A stretch of DNA of 64,000 bases, taken from an uncultured Chthonomonadaceae bacterium (GTDB lineage Bacteria > Armatimonadota > Chthonomonadetes > Chthonomonadales > Chthonomonadaceae). Both the position numbers and the translations under genes were made by a program. Below are positions 31,210 to 39,874 of the stretch, in pieces. Under the pieces are notes generated by a model. The model did not search any database, was not told the origin of the DNA, and was given only the letters and a program-made list of their open reading frames with translations. Position 1 is the stretch's first letter; each line of letters opens with the position of its first letter. The DNA lies in contig CAWFQB010000002.1 in assembly GCA_963817895.1 (NCBI GenBank), positions 64,001-128,000 of the forward strand. The letters run 5' to 3'.

Positions 31210-31488
31210 ATGCCACATCCACGTTTTAGCAGTGAAGAGATTGAGCAGCGCGGCGAAGGTTTGTATGAGCGCAATATTCGGACACAGGCGCAAGATTCAT
31301 TCGACGGCAAGATTGTCGTGATTGATGTTGAAACAGGCGATTACGAGATTGCAGACACTACTTTACAGGGCGCGGACAGACTGCTGGCGAAGCGTCGTGA
31401 CGCGGCGCTCTATAGCCTGCGTATTGGTTACGATGCCGTATATAGTTTTGGCGGTTCCACGCTGAAGCGTAAGACTGAAGGCGCATAG
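31210..31488 (+). CDS. Small protein, DUF5678-like
   Basis: EEIEQRGEGLYE...GKIVVIDVETGDYEI...RIG pattern; strong RBS. Confidence 0.65.
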   Translation: MPHPRFSSEEIEQRGEGLYERNIRTQAQDSFDGKIVVIDVETGDYEIADTTLQGADRLLAKRRDAALYSLRIGYDAVYSFGGSTLKRKTEGA

Positions 31489-31523
31489 GAAGATTGCTGC
31501 TGAAAGCAGAAAAGAGGAAACAC

Positions 31524-31757
31524 ATGACTCTGACGATGGAGGGCGTTTATACACAGGGCAGAATTGAACTGCCTGCCCCGCCGCCGGGGGTTCGTGATGG
31601 ACGTGTTCTGGTGACATTGACGCAGGAAGAGGCTGCGCCTGCGCCCTGCTATCTGGTTCGGGGAAAATACAAGTCCGAGCGCATGTCCACGCTGGAAGAC
31701 TTTGCCGATGCGCAGTGGCATGGCGAAGAGGAATTCGACAATCAGTATGGCAAATGA
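31524..31757 (+). CDS. Putative antitoxin (AbrB-like / DUF104-type)
   Basis: TMEGVYTQGRIELPAPP...RVLVTL with an acidic tail; overlaps the PIN gene start. Confidence 0.7.
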   Translation: MTLTMEGVYTQGRIELPAPPPGVRDGRVLVTLTQEEAAPAPCYLVRGKYKSERMSTLEDFADAQWHGEEEFDNQYGK

Positions 31758-32199
31758 TACGGAGGAAACAGAAGAAGCCACTTTGATGGAGAGTATCTAC
31801 GATGAGTATGTCGTTGACGCCCATACGCTGATTTGGTACTTTGAAGATAATCCACGATTGGGAGCAAAGGCAGGCGAAATTATGGATGCTTCACATAGCA
31901 TACTGCTGCTTCCTCTGATCACCCTTGCCGAAGTCTGCTGGGCAGTAGAACGCGGCAAATGCGCTATTCCATCTGTTGCAGACCTGCTCAGAGATGTAGA
32001 TGCCGATCCTCGTATTACAATTATTCCTCTGGATCGCGCCATTCTGGATATTTCGTTGACACTTACGAGTATTGGCGAAATGCACGACCGCCAGATTGCG
32101 GCAACGGCTCTTTATCGCGCGAGTCAGGGCGTAAAAGTCGCCTTGCTGACGCGGGATGAGAACATTACGGCATCAGGGCTTGTTCCCGTGCTATGGTAA
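31747..32199 (+). CDS. PIN-domain (VapC-like) toxin
   Basis: YVVDAHTLIWY, ITLAEV, EMHDRQIAATA, LLTRD conserved acidic PIN residues. Confidence 0.9.
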   Translation: MANDTEETEEATLMESIYDEYVVDAHTLIWYFEDNPRLGAKAGEIMDASHSILLLPLITLAEVCWAVERGKCAIPSVADLLRDVDADPRITIIPLDRAILDISLTLTSIGEMHDRQIAATALYRASQGVKVALLTRDENITASGLVPVLW

Positions 32200-32224
32200 T
32201 GCTGCTGTCCAATAGCATGGTAAG

Positions 32225-32261
32225 AAATGCCCGTACAACTATAGAAGTTGCGCGGGCATTT
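32225..32261. terminator. Hairpin terminator between the convergent PIN gene and glnA
   Basis: AAATGCCCG..CAACT....AGTTG..CGGGCATTT; a T-tract follows on the minus strand. Confidence 0.6.
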
Positions 32262-32291
32262 GTGTTCCATGACATTTCAGCCAACAGCAGT

Positions 32292-33707
32292 TTAGATGTC
32301 GTAGTAGAGGAAGAATTCGTAGGGATGCGGGCGGAGGGCGACCTGCTTGAACTCCTGCGTCATCTTGTAGTCAATGTAGGTTTCAATCAGGTCTTTGCTG
32401 AACACGCCGCCCTTGAGCAGGAACTCGTGGTCAGCTTCCAGCGCTTTGAGGCTCTCTTCCAGCGTTCCCGGCGTCTGCGCGATGTCCTTCTTTTCTTCCG
32501 GCTCCATCTCGTAGAGGTCTTTGTCAACCGGCGCGGGCGGCATGATCTTGTTTTCGATGCCGTCTAAGCCTGCCAGCAGAAGCGCGGCAAACGCGAGGTA
32601 CGGGTTAGCAGCCGGGTCGGGCGCGCGGAATTCGACGCGCTTGGCTTTCGGCGACTTGCTTACGAGCGGGATGCGGACACACGCCGAGCGGTTGCGCGCG
32701 CTGTACACCAGATTGATGGGCGCTTCGTAACCGGGAACCAGACGGCGGTAGCTGTTGGTCGTGGGGGCGCAGAAGGCGAGCAGGGCGGGCGCGTGTTTCA
32801 GCAGGCCACCGATGTAATGCACGGCCATTTCCGAGAGTTGGCCGTAGCCGTTTTCATCGTAGAACAGGGGCTGGCCGTCTTTCCACAGCGATTGGTGGAC
32901 GTGCATCCCGCTGCCGTTGTCCATGAACAGGGGCTTGGGCATGAACGTGGCCGTGTAGCCGTTCTGAATGGCCGTGTTCTTGATGATGTACTTGAACTTT
33001 TGCAGGTCGTCCGCCGTCTTCAGCAGGGGGCCGAACTTGAAGTCAATCTCCGCCTGTCCGCCCGTGCCCACTTCGTGGTGCTGCATTTCCACTTCGATGC
33101 CCGCTTCGATCAGGTTGAGCATCATTTCGGTGCGCAGGTCTTGCAGGCTGTCGTTCGGGGGAACGGGATAGTAGCCGCGCTTGTAGGGGTTTTTGAAGCC
33201 TAAGTTGGGCTTCTCGTCGCGCCCGGAGTTCCAGATGCCCTCGTCGCTGTCCACGTAGTAGAATCCTGAGTGGCTGGTCTGATCGTAGCGCACATCGTTG
33301 AAGATGTAGAATTCCGCTTCCGGGCCGAAATAGGCTGTGTCCGCAATTCCGGTGCTTTGCAGGTACGCTTCGGCTTTTTTGGCGATCTGGCGCGGGTCGC
33401 GGTTGTAGCGTTCGCGGGTAATCGGGTCTTCGATGTCGCAGGTAAGGACCAGCGTGGTCACGTCGAAGAACGGGTCAATGAAAGCCGTGTCCGGGTCGGG
33501 AATCAGGATCATGTCCGACTCGTTGATAGCCTTGAAGCCTCGAATGGAAGAGCCATCAAAGGCCAAACCGTCCGCAAACTTGTCCTCGTCGAGATTGCCG
33601 GCGGGGATGGAAAAATGCTGCTGCTGGCCGATCAGGTCGGTAAACCGCACGTCTACGACTTTGGCTTCTTTCTCGCGAACCATGTCAATAATGTCTTTGG
33701 GCGTCAT
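32292..33707 (-). CDS. glnA: Glutamine synthetase type I
   Basis: [70 protein letters not shown]. Confidence 0.98.
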   Translation of the reverse strand: MTPKDIIDMVREKEAKVVDVRFTDLIGQQQHFSIPAGNLDEDKFADGLAFDGSSIRGFKAINESDMILIPDPDTAFIDPFFDVTTLVLTCDIEDPITRERYNRDPRQIAKKAEAYLQSTGIADTAYFGPEAEFYIFNDVRYDQTSHSGFYYVDSDEGIWNSGRDEKPNLGFKNPYKRGYYPVPPNDSLQDLRTEMMLNLIEAGIEVEMQHHEVGTGGQAEIDFKFGPLLKTADDLQKFKYIIKNTAIQNGYTATFMPKPLFMDNGSGMHVHQSLWKDGQPLFYDENGYGQLSEMAVHYIGGLLKHAPALLAFCAPTTNSYRRLVPGYEAPINLVYSARNRSACVRIPLVSKSPKAKRVEFRAPDPAANPYLAFAALLLAGLDGIENKIMPPAPVDKDLYEMEPEEKKDIAQTPGTLEESLKALEADHEFLLKGGVFSKDLIETYIDYKMTQEFKQVALRPHPYEFFLYYDI

Positions 33708-34071
33708 GCGCGCTCATCTCCTTCAAATATGGTGACTGACAACAATCTGCGCCCGGCGTATAATCCGAGCAGGGCGGCGAAGTTCGATTCGCCGGAGGAC
33801 AACCAGAAGCGCCGCAACCCTGAAAATCATGTGAGACGCATGAAAATTCTGGGCGGCAGAAACTTAGCGTGGAACGCTACCGGACAAACAACGCTGTTGT
33901 GTTTGCCCGCGCGATGCTACCAAAACAGGGGTGAACGCGCAAGCCTCATTGCCTGTGCGCCGATTTTTCGCGTGGATTGGGTAAAGTATAGCAGTGTGCG
34001 CAAATTCATGTCAACTGCCGCGCCGCGTAAACCTTCAAAAACTACACATAAACTACGAACGAGAGGTGATA

Positions 34072-34776
34072 GTGGAACCTGCGCATGATCCAAAAGGCGG
34101 GCCGGCGCGTAAAAAGTCCGGCGATATTGTGGAAGACCCGGAACCCCGCTGGCCCGCGATTGTCGCGGTGCTGTGCGCGGGCGGCCTGAACTACGCGCTG
34201 CCGCATCAACTGATTATTGGGCCGCGCTGGCTGCTGTTCGCGATAGTCTCGATTCTGCTCGTGCCGACCGTTGTGCTGCACCGGGCGGGACACCATCGTC
34301 TGAACACGATTATCGGGCATCTGATAGCCGGAATTATGACCGGTTTTATGATCTGGTCTATTGTGCGGTTGGTTCAAGCGCTGGTATATGGAACCTACAA
34401 AGTTCAACCCGTAGACCTGCTGCACTCGGCTGTTTTTCTCTGGACGACCAACATTCTGGTGTTCGGGCTGTGGTACTGGCGGATGGACGCGGGCGGGCCG
34501 AATGCGCGCGACCTGCGCGTGGGGCATCCCTGCGGCTCGTTTGTGTTTCCACAAATGACCCTTCAGGAGGATTTTGATGCGGACCGAACGGGTAAGCCCT
34601 GGGCGCCGCAATTTGCCGATTACCTGTTTCTGGCCTTCAATACCAGTACCGCCCTGTCGCCCACAGATACCGCCGTCCTCTCAAGATGGGCAAAATTGCT
34701 GATGATGCTGCAATCCGCCATTTCGCTGACCATCATCGTGCTGCTCGCCGCCCGCGCCGTCAATATTTTGCAGTAG
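34072..34776 (+). CDS. DUF1345-like membrane protein
   Basis: EPRWP, several TM helices, FVFPQM, FADYLFLAFNTSTALSPTDT; GAGGTG RBS before the GTG. Confidence 0.75.
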   Translation: MEPAHDPKGGPARKKSGDIVEDPEPRWPAIVAVLCAGGLNYALPHQLIIGPRWLLFAIVSILLVPTVVLHRAGHHRLNTIIGHLIAGIMTGFMIWSIVRLVQALVYGTYKVQPVDLLHSAVFLWTTNILVFGLWYWRMDAGGPNARDLRVGHPCGSFVFPQMTLQEDFDADRTGKPWAPQFADYLFLAFNTSTALSPTDTAVLSRWAKLLMMLQSAISLTIIVLLAARAVNILQ

Positions 34777-34874
34777 ATACGAGATAGGAGATACGAGATA
34801 CTACCTTGTGATTTCTTATACTTCTGAAGAGTAGAGCAAAGCAGGTAATAACTCGTATCTCCTATCTCGTATCT
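34775..34874. repeat. Inverted pair of GAGATA(C/G) heptamer arrays
   Basis: AGATACGAGATAGGAGATACGAGATA (34775-34800) and CTCGTATCTCCTATCTCGTATCT (34852-34874) lie between convergent genes. Confidence 0.8.
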
Positions 34875-34875
34875 C

Positions 34876-35625
34876 TTATCTTCTTCCCCAATTCAGCAAC
34901 TTTCCCACTGATTTCAGCAGGGACGGCCCGTTTGTATCGGCATTGGGTTTGCGTTCGTGACGGCACAGCAAAATGCCGATGTCATCCTGAAACTTACCGG
35001 AGGGGAGGCGGACGAGTTCGAGTAATTGCTGCGCGGCGTGTTCCACATCCGGGTGGCGGGCGGCTTCGGCGATACGGGCGGCATCGGCGTATTTGAACAG
35101 GCCGTCCGTGCCGAGCAGTAACGTTCCTTCGTTCCAGTCACATTCAAAGGGTATGGGAAGGGCCGCGCCCCATCCCAAGTACGGCTTGCCTGTCTGTCGC
35201 TGCGTCAGATTCTCCACGCGGTCTTCCATAATCAGCCACGCGCCCGAATCGCCTACGCTCGCGCCCACAATCTTGTCCAGACGCCCGAAACCGTTGGAAG
35301 TGACGGCGGCGACAACAGCGGTGGTTTCGCCCGTATTCTTGTCCCGCTGCAACATGCGGTCAATGCCTGCAAGCCGCTCTGTCCAGATTTGCGCCTCATC
35401 GTTAGGACGTTCGCCTCCAACCGCTTTCCGTACAATATCAACCGTTTTCTGCGCCGCCGCTCCGCCGTTTGCCCGCCCGCCAACCCCGTCCGCCACCACC
35501 AGAACCAGCGTATCCCCGGCCTGAATAATCTCGGCGCGATCCTCATTCTCCTGCTTGTAATCGTCGCGAACGCCTTCCAGCCTCTTCGCTGTTATCCATT
35601 TACCCATAAGCAGTTTTCTCACCAT
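34876..35625 (-). CDS. PP2C/PPM-family protein phosphatase
   Basis: ENED, VVADGVGG, GETT, SVGDS, LLLGTDGL, QDDIG; alternative start at 35607. Confidence 0.88.
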   Translation of the reverse strand: MVRKLLMGKWITAKRLEGVRDDYKQENEDRAEIIQAGDTLVLVVADGVGGRANGGAAAQKTVDIVRKAVGGERPNDEAQIWTERLAGIDRMLQRDKNTGETTAVVAAVTSNGFGRLDKIVGASVGDSGAWLIMEDRVENLTQRQTGKPYLGWGAALPIPFECDWNEGTLLLGTDGLFKYADAARIAEAARHPDVEHAAQQLLELVRLPSGKFQDDIGILLCRHERKPNADTNGPSLLKSVGKLLNWGRR

Positions 35626-35663
35626 TCGCGTTTATTCGCGTTCATTCGCGGCTAAACTTGTTT

Positions 35664-37778
35664 TTAGCGCAGGGGCGGAACCGTAGCGCCGATGGCGTGT
35701 TGAAGCGTGACGCGGTACTGTTCGACGGCGTTCTGGGTGTTGACGACGTTGGTGCGGGCGGTCAGCAGAAAGGCCTGCGCGTTGATGATGTCCAGAAACA
35801 GCCCTAGTCCGGTTGCATAGCGTCCGGTCGCGATGCGAACGCCCTCCTCGGCATTGGCAACGTCGGCAAGGGCGATATTCACCCGCGCTTCCGCCGAACG
35901 CAGGTTGACAAAGGCCGTTGCCACATCCGAAGTGACGTTGAGCTGGGCGGCGTTCAATTGCGCCTGCGCGATGGCGACATTGCCCCGCGCTTCCTGCACC
36001 TGCCCGCGCCGAACGCCGCCGTCAACGGGCGTCCACGTCAGGCCGATACCGACTGTCAAATCGGTTTCCTGCGGCAAAAACTGGTCGCCCCGCGAATACA
36101 CGCTGGCATTGGCGGTGACAGCGGGGGCGTTCACGCTGCGGGCCGCGCTCACGCCGTATTGATAAGCGCGCAGGGTGGCTTGCGCTTGCAGCACTTCGGG
36201 CCGCTGGCGCAGGGCGATTTGCGCCAGCGCGTTGATGTCCGTAGCAGGCGCGGGCGCCTCGCCCGATTCTGCCGTCAGCAGGGGCGTGCGCGGGTCAATC
36301 CCCATCAGCAGGGCAAGGTTGATACGCGCCTGCTCCGCATTGGCCTGCGCCTGACTCAGCCCCAAAATCGCTTCGGCTTTGGCGGTCTGCGCGTTGACAA
36401 TATCAATCGGCAGTCCCAAACCGACGTTGAACCGCGCTCGCGCCAGATCTAACTGCGACTGCCGATTGGTCACTTCCAACTGCTGCACCTGAACCTGCTG
36501 CTGATCCTGCACGAGCAGGTAAAACGCCTGCTTCACTTCCTCAACCGTATCCGACTGAACCCGCGACAGGTTCTGCGTGGCGGCTCTTTCCAACTGCGAA
36601 CTCTGCCGGACGAGATCGAGCGTGTGGTTGAAGTCGAAAATCAGTTGGCGTAAGGTCGCCTGCGACAAAAATCCCTGTATCAGCCCGGAAGCGTTCCCGC
36701 CTGCGGACGCGCCGGAACCCGTTGTGGTGACGCCCGTACTCGTCTGCCCCGGCGTGGTGGCTCCGGTGGTGGTTTGCCCGCTGCCGCCCGATCCCATCTG
36801 CGTCGTGCCGGTCGTGGTTCCCGTCGCCCCGGTGGACGTTCCGGTTCCGGTTGTACCCGCGCCGCCCGTGCCGCTTCCTGTTGTGGTTCCCGTGCCACCC
36901 GTTCCGCTTCCGGTTCCGGTTGTGCCTCCGGCGGTTCCTGTGCCGCCGGTGGTTCCCCCGCTTCCGCTGGTGCTGCCGCCATTGCCGGAAGTGGACGTTC
37001 CGCCGGTTCCAGAGTTCGTGCCGCCACTCCCGCCCGTGCTGCCTGTTCCGGTTCCGCCCGTTCCGGTTGTGCCGCCGGTTCCTCCTGTGGTTCCGGTTCC
37101 CGTGCCGCCCGTGCCTGTCCCCGTGCTTCCGCTCGAAGTCGTGCCGCCGGGTCCGCCATTGCCGGATGTGGCCGTTCCGGTTCCGCCGCCCGTAGTTCCC
37201 CCGGTTGTGCCGGTTCCTCCGGTTGTCGTTCCTGTCCCGGTTCCTGTACCGGTTCCCGTGCCTGTCCCGGTTCCTACTCCCGTTCCGGTTCCCGCGCCGC
37301 CGCCGACAAGACCGCCGCCTCGTCCCGCATGGGTCAGGTTTTGCAGGAACGTATAGCCCGTCGTGACGGTCACTTGCGGATTCAGCGCGGCTCTGATTTG
37401 CCGCGTTCGTCCCCGTTGCGTTTCGATGCCGCCCCGCGCAATGGCGATGTTGGGCTGTAGGCGCAGGGCGATACGGGCGGCGTCATCGGCGGTCAGGGGA
37501 AGCAGGGGCGCATCCGGCGCGGTTTGCGGCGGGGCCGGAACGCCCACTGCCGGCGGCACGGTGGTTTCCTGAACATGCGGCGGCGTAAGCCGGGGATCGC
37601 GCGGCGGAACCGGCCCCGGCGTTTGCGGCAGGGCCGGAAGCGCGACGGGCGGGCGGTTCGGCTGCTGAGTTGGATTTGCCGCAGGCGCGGTTTTGGCGAC
37701 TGCGGGGTTTGCATTTTGCGCTGTAGCCGCCTGCGCCAAAAGGCATGCGGCGCACAGCATAAGCGATGAACGAAACAT
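35664..37778 (-). CDS. TolC-family outer membrane protein with a ~210-aa Gly/Thr-rich insertion
   Basis: Signal peptide, Pro-rich N-terminus, LRQLIFDF, ALRQRPE, RYATGLG OEP repeats; low-complexity GT run at about 36690-37330. Confidence 0.85.
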   Translation of the reverse strand: MFRSSLMLCAACLLAQAATAQNANPAVAKTAPAANPTQQPNRPPVALPALPQTPGPVPPRDPRLTPPHVQETTVPPAVGVPAPPQTAPDAPLLPLTADDAARIALRLQPNIAIARGGIETQRGRTRQIRAALNPQVTVTTGYTFLQNLTHAGRGGGLVGGGAGTGTGVGTGTGTGTGTGTGTGTTTGGTGTTGGTTGGGTGTATSGNGGPGGTTSSGSTGTGTGGTGTGTTGGTGGTTGTGGTGTGSTGGSGGTNSGTGGTSTSGNGGSTSGSGGTTGGTGTAGGTTGTGSGTGGTGTTTGSGTGGAGTTGTGTSTGATGTTTGTTQMGSGGSGQTTTGATTPGQTSTGVTTTGSGASAGGNASGLIQGFLSQATLRQLIFDFNHTLDLVRQSSQLERAATQNLSRVQSDTVEEVKQAFYLLVQDQQQVQVQQLEVTNRQSQLDLARARFNVGLGLPIDIVNAQTAKAEAILGLSQAQANAEQARINLALLMGIDPRTPLLTAESGEAPAPATDINALAQIALRQRPEVLQAQATLRAYQYGVSAARSVNAPAVTANASVYSRGDQFLPQETDLTVGIGLTWTPVDGGVRRGQVQEARGNVAIAQAQLNAAQLNVTSDVATAFVNLRSAEARVNIALADVANAEEGVRIATGRYATGLGLFLDIINAQAFLLTARTNVVNTQNAVEQYRVTLQHAIGATVPPLR

Positions 37779-37855
37779 CAAAACTCCTGAATCATAACAC
37801 CGGTCAACCGGCTCATAAAAGCCGGTTGAAACATGCTGTCGGCATGATAGCAAAA

Positions 37856-39754
37856 CTACTTCGCGGCTGAAGTGGGAGGCGTACCCATCTGGCCGGTTGG
37901 CGGCTTGCCGGGTTCGGCTTTCGGCCCGCCGCCCTGCTGTCCGCCACCCGAACCACCGGCTGGCCCGCCAGTCGCGCCGCCGGGACCGGGCGGGGGCGGC
38001 GGGGCCTGCTTCGGCGTGACCTTTTCATTCTCGACCAGATCATCCGTCGGGTTGGAAACCAGTGCCTCTTTGCCCGTTAAGCCCTCCGTCACCTCCACAT
38101 CCGTACCGAAATCGCGGCCTACATGGACGGGAACGAAATGCAGTTTGTTTTCAGGCGTCACAATCGCCACTCGCGTACCCTGCGCGTCGAACATCAGGGT
38201 ATTGGACGGGATGCGCAGCGACCCGCGCGTTTTGGGCAGATTGAAATGCACCTGCACGTACATACCCGGCAGCAGCGTTCCCGTCGGGTTGGGAATGTGA
38301 ATTTCCGTCAGCAGAGTGCGGGAAACCGCGTCAATCGCGCCCGCAACGTGGTGAATGGTTCCCACAAACGGACGCCCCGGAAACTCGCGCACAAAAAGGT
38401 CCGCGGTTTCATTGGGATGCATCAGGGGCGCATACGTTTGCGGCACACTGACCAGAACCCGCAGGGTGTCCGTGCGGGCAAGCCCGAACAATCCGGCTCC
38501 CGGCGTGGTCGAGGGGGTAGACGTGCCGGAAGCCGCGCTTCCCTGCACCGCCGCGCTTCCCGACGTGCTGGTTGATGTTGCCGAAGACGCGCCCGCCGAA
38601 CCACCCCCCGCGTTGACGAGCGAACCAACATCTATATTACGGGCGGTAATCACGCCCGCGAATGGCGCGGTGATGCGGGAAAAGCCGGAAATCACGCCCG
38701 CCCGCTGCTCATTAGCCCGCGCCGCCTGCACCGCCGCCTGATCGGACTGCACAACGGCCTGCGCGCTCGTCACATTGGACTTCGCCGCCTGTACCGCCGC
38801 CTGCGCTGAACCGACCGTAGATTGAACCGCTTTCACATTCTTCTGCGCGGCTGTTACCTGCGCCCGGAACGCTGTGACATTGGAGCGCGCGCTTTCCACC
38901 TGCGATTGCGCCGCCTGCACATTGGCTTCCGCGCCGCGCACGTCCGCGCTTGCCGAGTTTACAGCCGCTTTCGTCGTGTCATAATTGGCCTGACTCTGAT
39001 CTACGTCCTGAAGCGCCACATACCCGGCTTTGAGCAGGGTTTGGTAGCGTCTCAAGGTAACATCCGCAAGATCGAATTGCGTTTGCGCCTGCTTTAACGC
39101 GGCCCGTTTAATATCTACGGTTTGCTGCGTTTGCGCGAGTTGCGACTGCGCGGTTCCCACCTGCGCCTGCGCCTGCGCCAGTTTGGCTTCGGCGTCCGCA
39201 AGCTGCGCCCGCGCGGTTTCCACGTTAGCCGCTGCCTGCTGCACGGCGGATTGCTGCTGGGCCACGGACGCCCGCCGACTCGACACGTCCGACTCGGCCT
39301 GATGTACTGTTGCCTGCACCTGTACAGTCTGCTGCCTTGCCTGCTGCTCCTGCGCCTCGACATCCGGCGACTGGATCACGGCCAGCAGTTGCCCCGCTGT
39401 CACCCGCGTCCCGATGTCCACCAATCGCTGCGTGACATACCCGGTGGAACGCGCCCCGATAGTCGCGTCTGCAATCGCCTGCATGGTTCCGGGCAGGGTC
39501 AAATCCGCGTCCGGCGAAGGTGTGGGCGAAACCACCACCACTTGCGGAACCGCATTCTTCTGCTTTGTGGATTCTTCCGCCAGCGCGTGGTTTTGCTTCA
39601 TGCGCGGCAGGATACCGAAGAAAATAATCCCCACTATCGCGATCACGGCGACAGCGGCTGCAATAAAGGTCATGGGAATGCCCTTTTTCCCGCCGGAATG
39701 GTGTTGAGGCGCGGGATGGGCAGTATTCTGTTGTGGTGTTGCTGCTTGTGTCAT
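37856..39754 (-). CDS. RND efflux periplasmic adaptor (MFP) with a very long alpha-hairpin
   Basis: N-terminal TM, IGARSTGYV, VDIGTRVTAGQLL, ITAPFAGVITARNIDVG, LLPGMY, GRDFG. Confidence 0.92.
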   Translation of the reverse strand: MTQAATPQQNTAHPAPQHHSGGKKGIPMTFIAAAVAVIAIVGIIFFGILPRMKQNHALAEESTKQKNAVPQVVVVSPTPSPDADLTLPGTMQAIADATIGARSTGYVTQRLVDIGTRVTAGQLLAVIQSPDVEAQEQQARQQTVQVQATVHQAESDVSSRRASVAQQQSAVQQAAANVETARAQLADAEAKLAQAQAQVGTAQSQLAQTQQTVDIKRAALKQAQTQFDLADVTLRRYQTLLKAGYVALQDVDQSQANYDTTKAAVNSASADVRGAEANVQAAQSQVESARSNVTAFRAQVTAAQKNVKAVQSTVGSAQAAVQAAKSNVTSAQAVVQSDQAAVQAARANEQRAGVISGFSRITAPFAGVITARNIDVGSLVNAGGGSAGASSATSTSTSGSAAVQGSAASGTSTPSTTPGAGLFGLARTDTLRVLVSVPQTYAPLMHPNETADLFVREFPGRPFVGTIHHVAGAIDAVSRTLLTEIHIPNPTGTLLPGMYVQVHFNLPKTRGSLRIPSNTLMFDAQGTRVAIVTPENKLHFVPVHVGRDFGTDVEVTEGLTGKEALVSNPTDDLVENEKVTPKQAPPPPPGPGGATGGPAGGSGGGQQGGGPKAEPGKPPTGQMGTPPTSAAK

Positions 39755-39764
39755 GGCTTCATTC

Positions 39765-39874
39765 AGATACGAGATAGGAGATAGGAGATACGAGTCAATA
39801 CCTGCTTTGCTCACTTTTGCGAGAATTAGAACAAAAAGATAGTTCCTCGTATCTCGTATCTCCTATCTCGTATC
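39765..39874. repeat. Inverted pair of GAGATA(C/G) heptamer arrays inside the efflux operon
   Basis: AGATACGAGATAGGAGATAGGAGATACGAG (39765-39794) and CTCGTATCTCGTATCTCCTATCTCGTATCT (39846-39874). Confidence 0.85.

Noticed and set aside
33708..33990. Glutamine riboswitch (glnA motif) upstream of glnA
   Set aside because: I could not match the consensus by eye; an Rfam/Infernal search would be needed.
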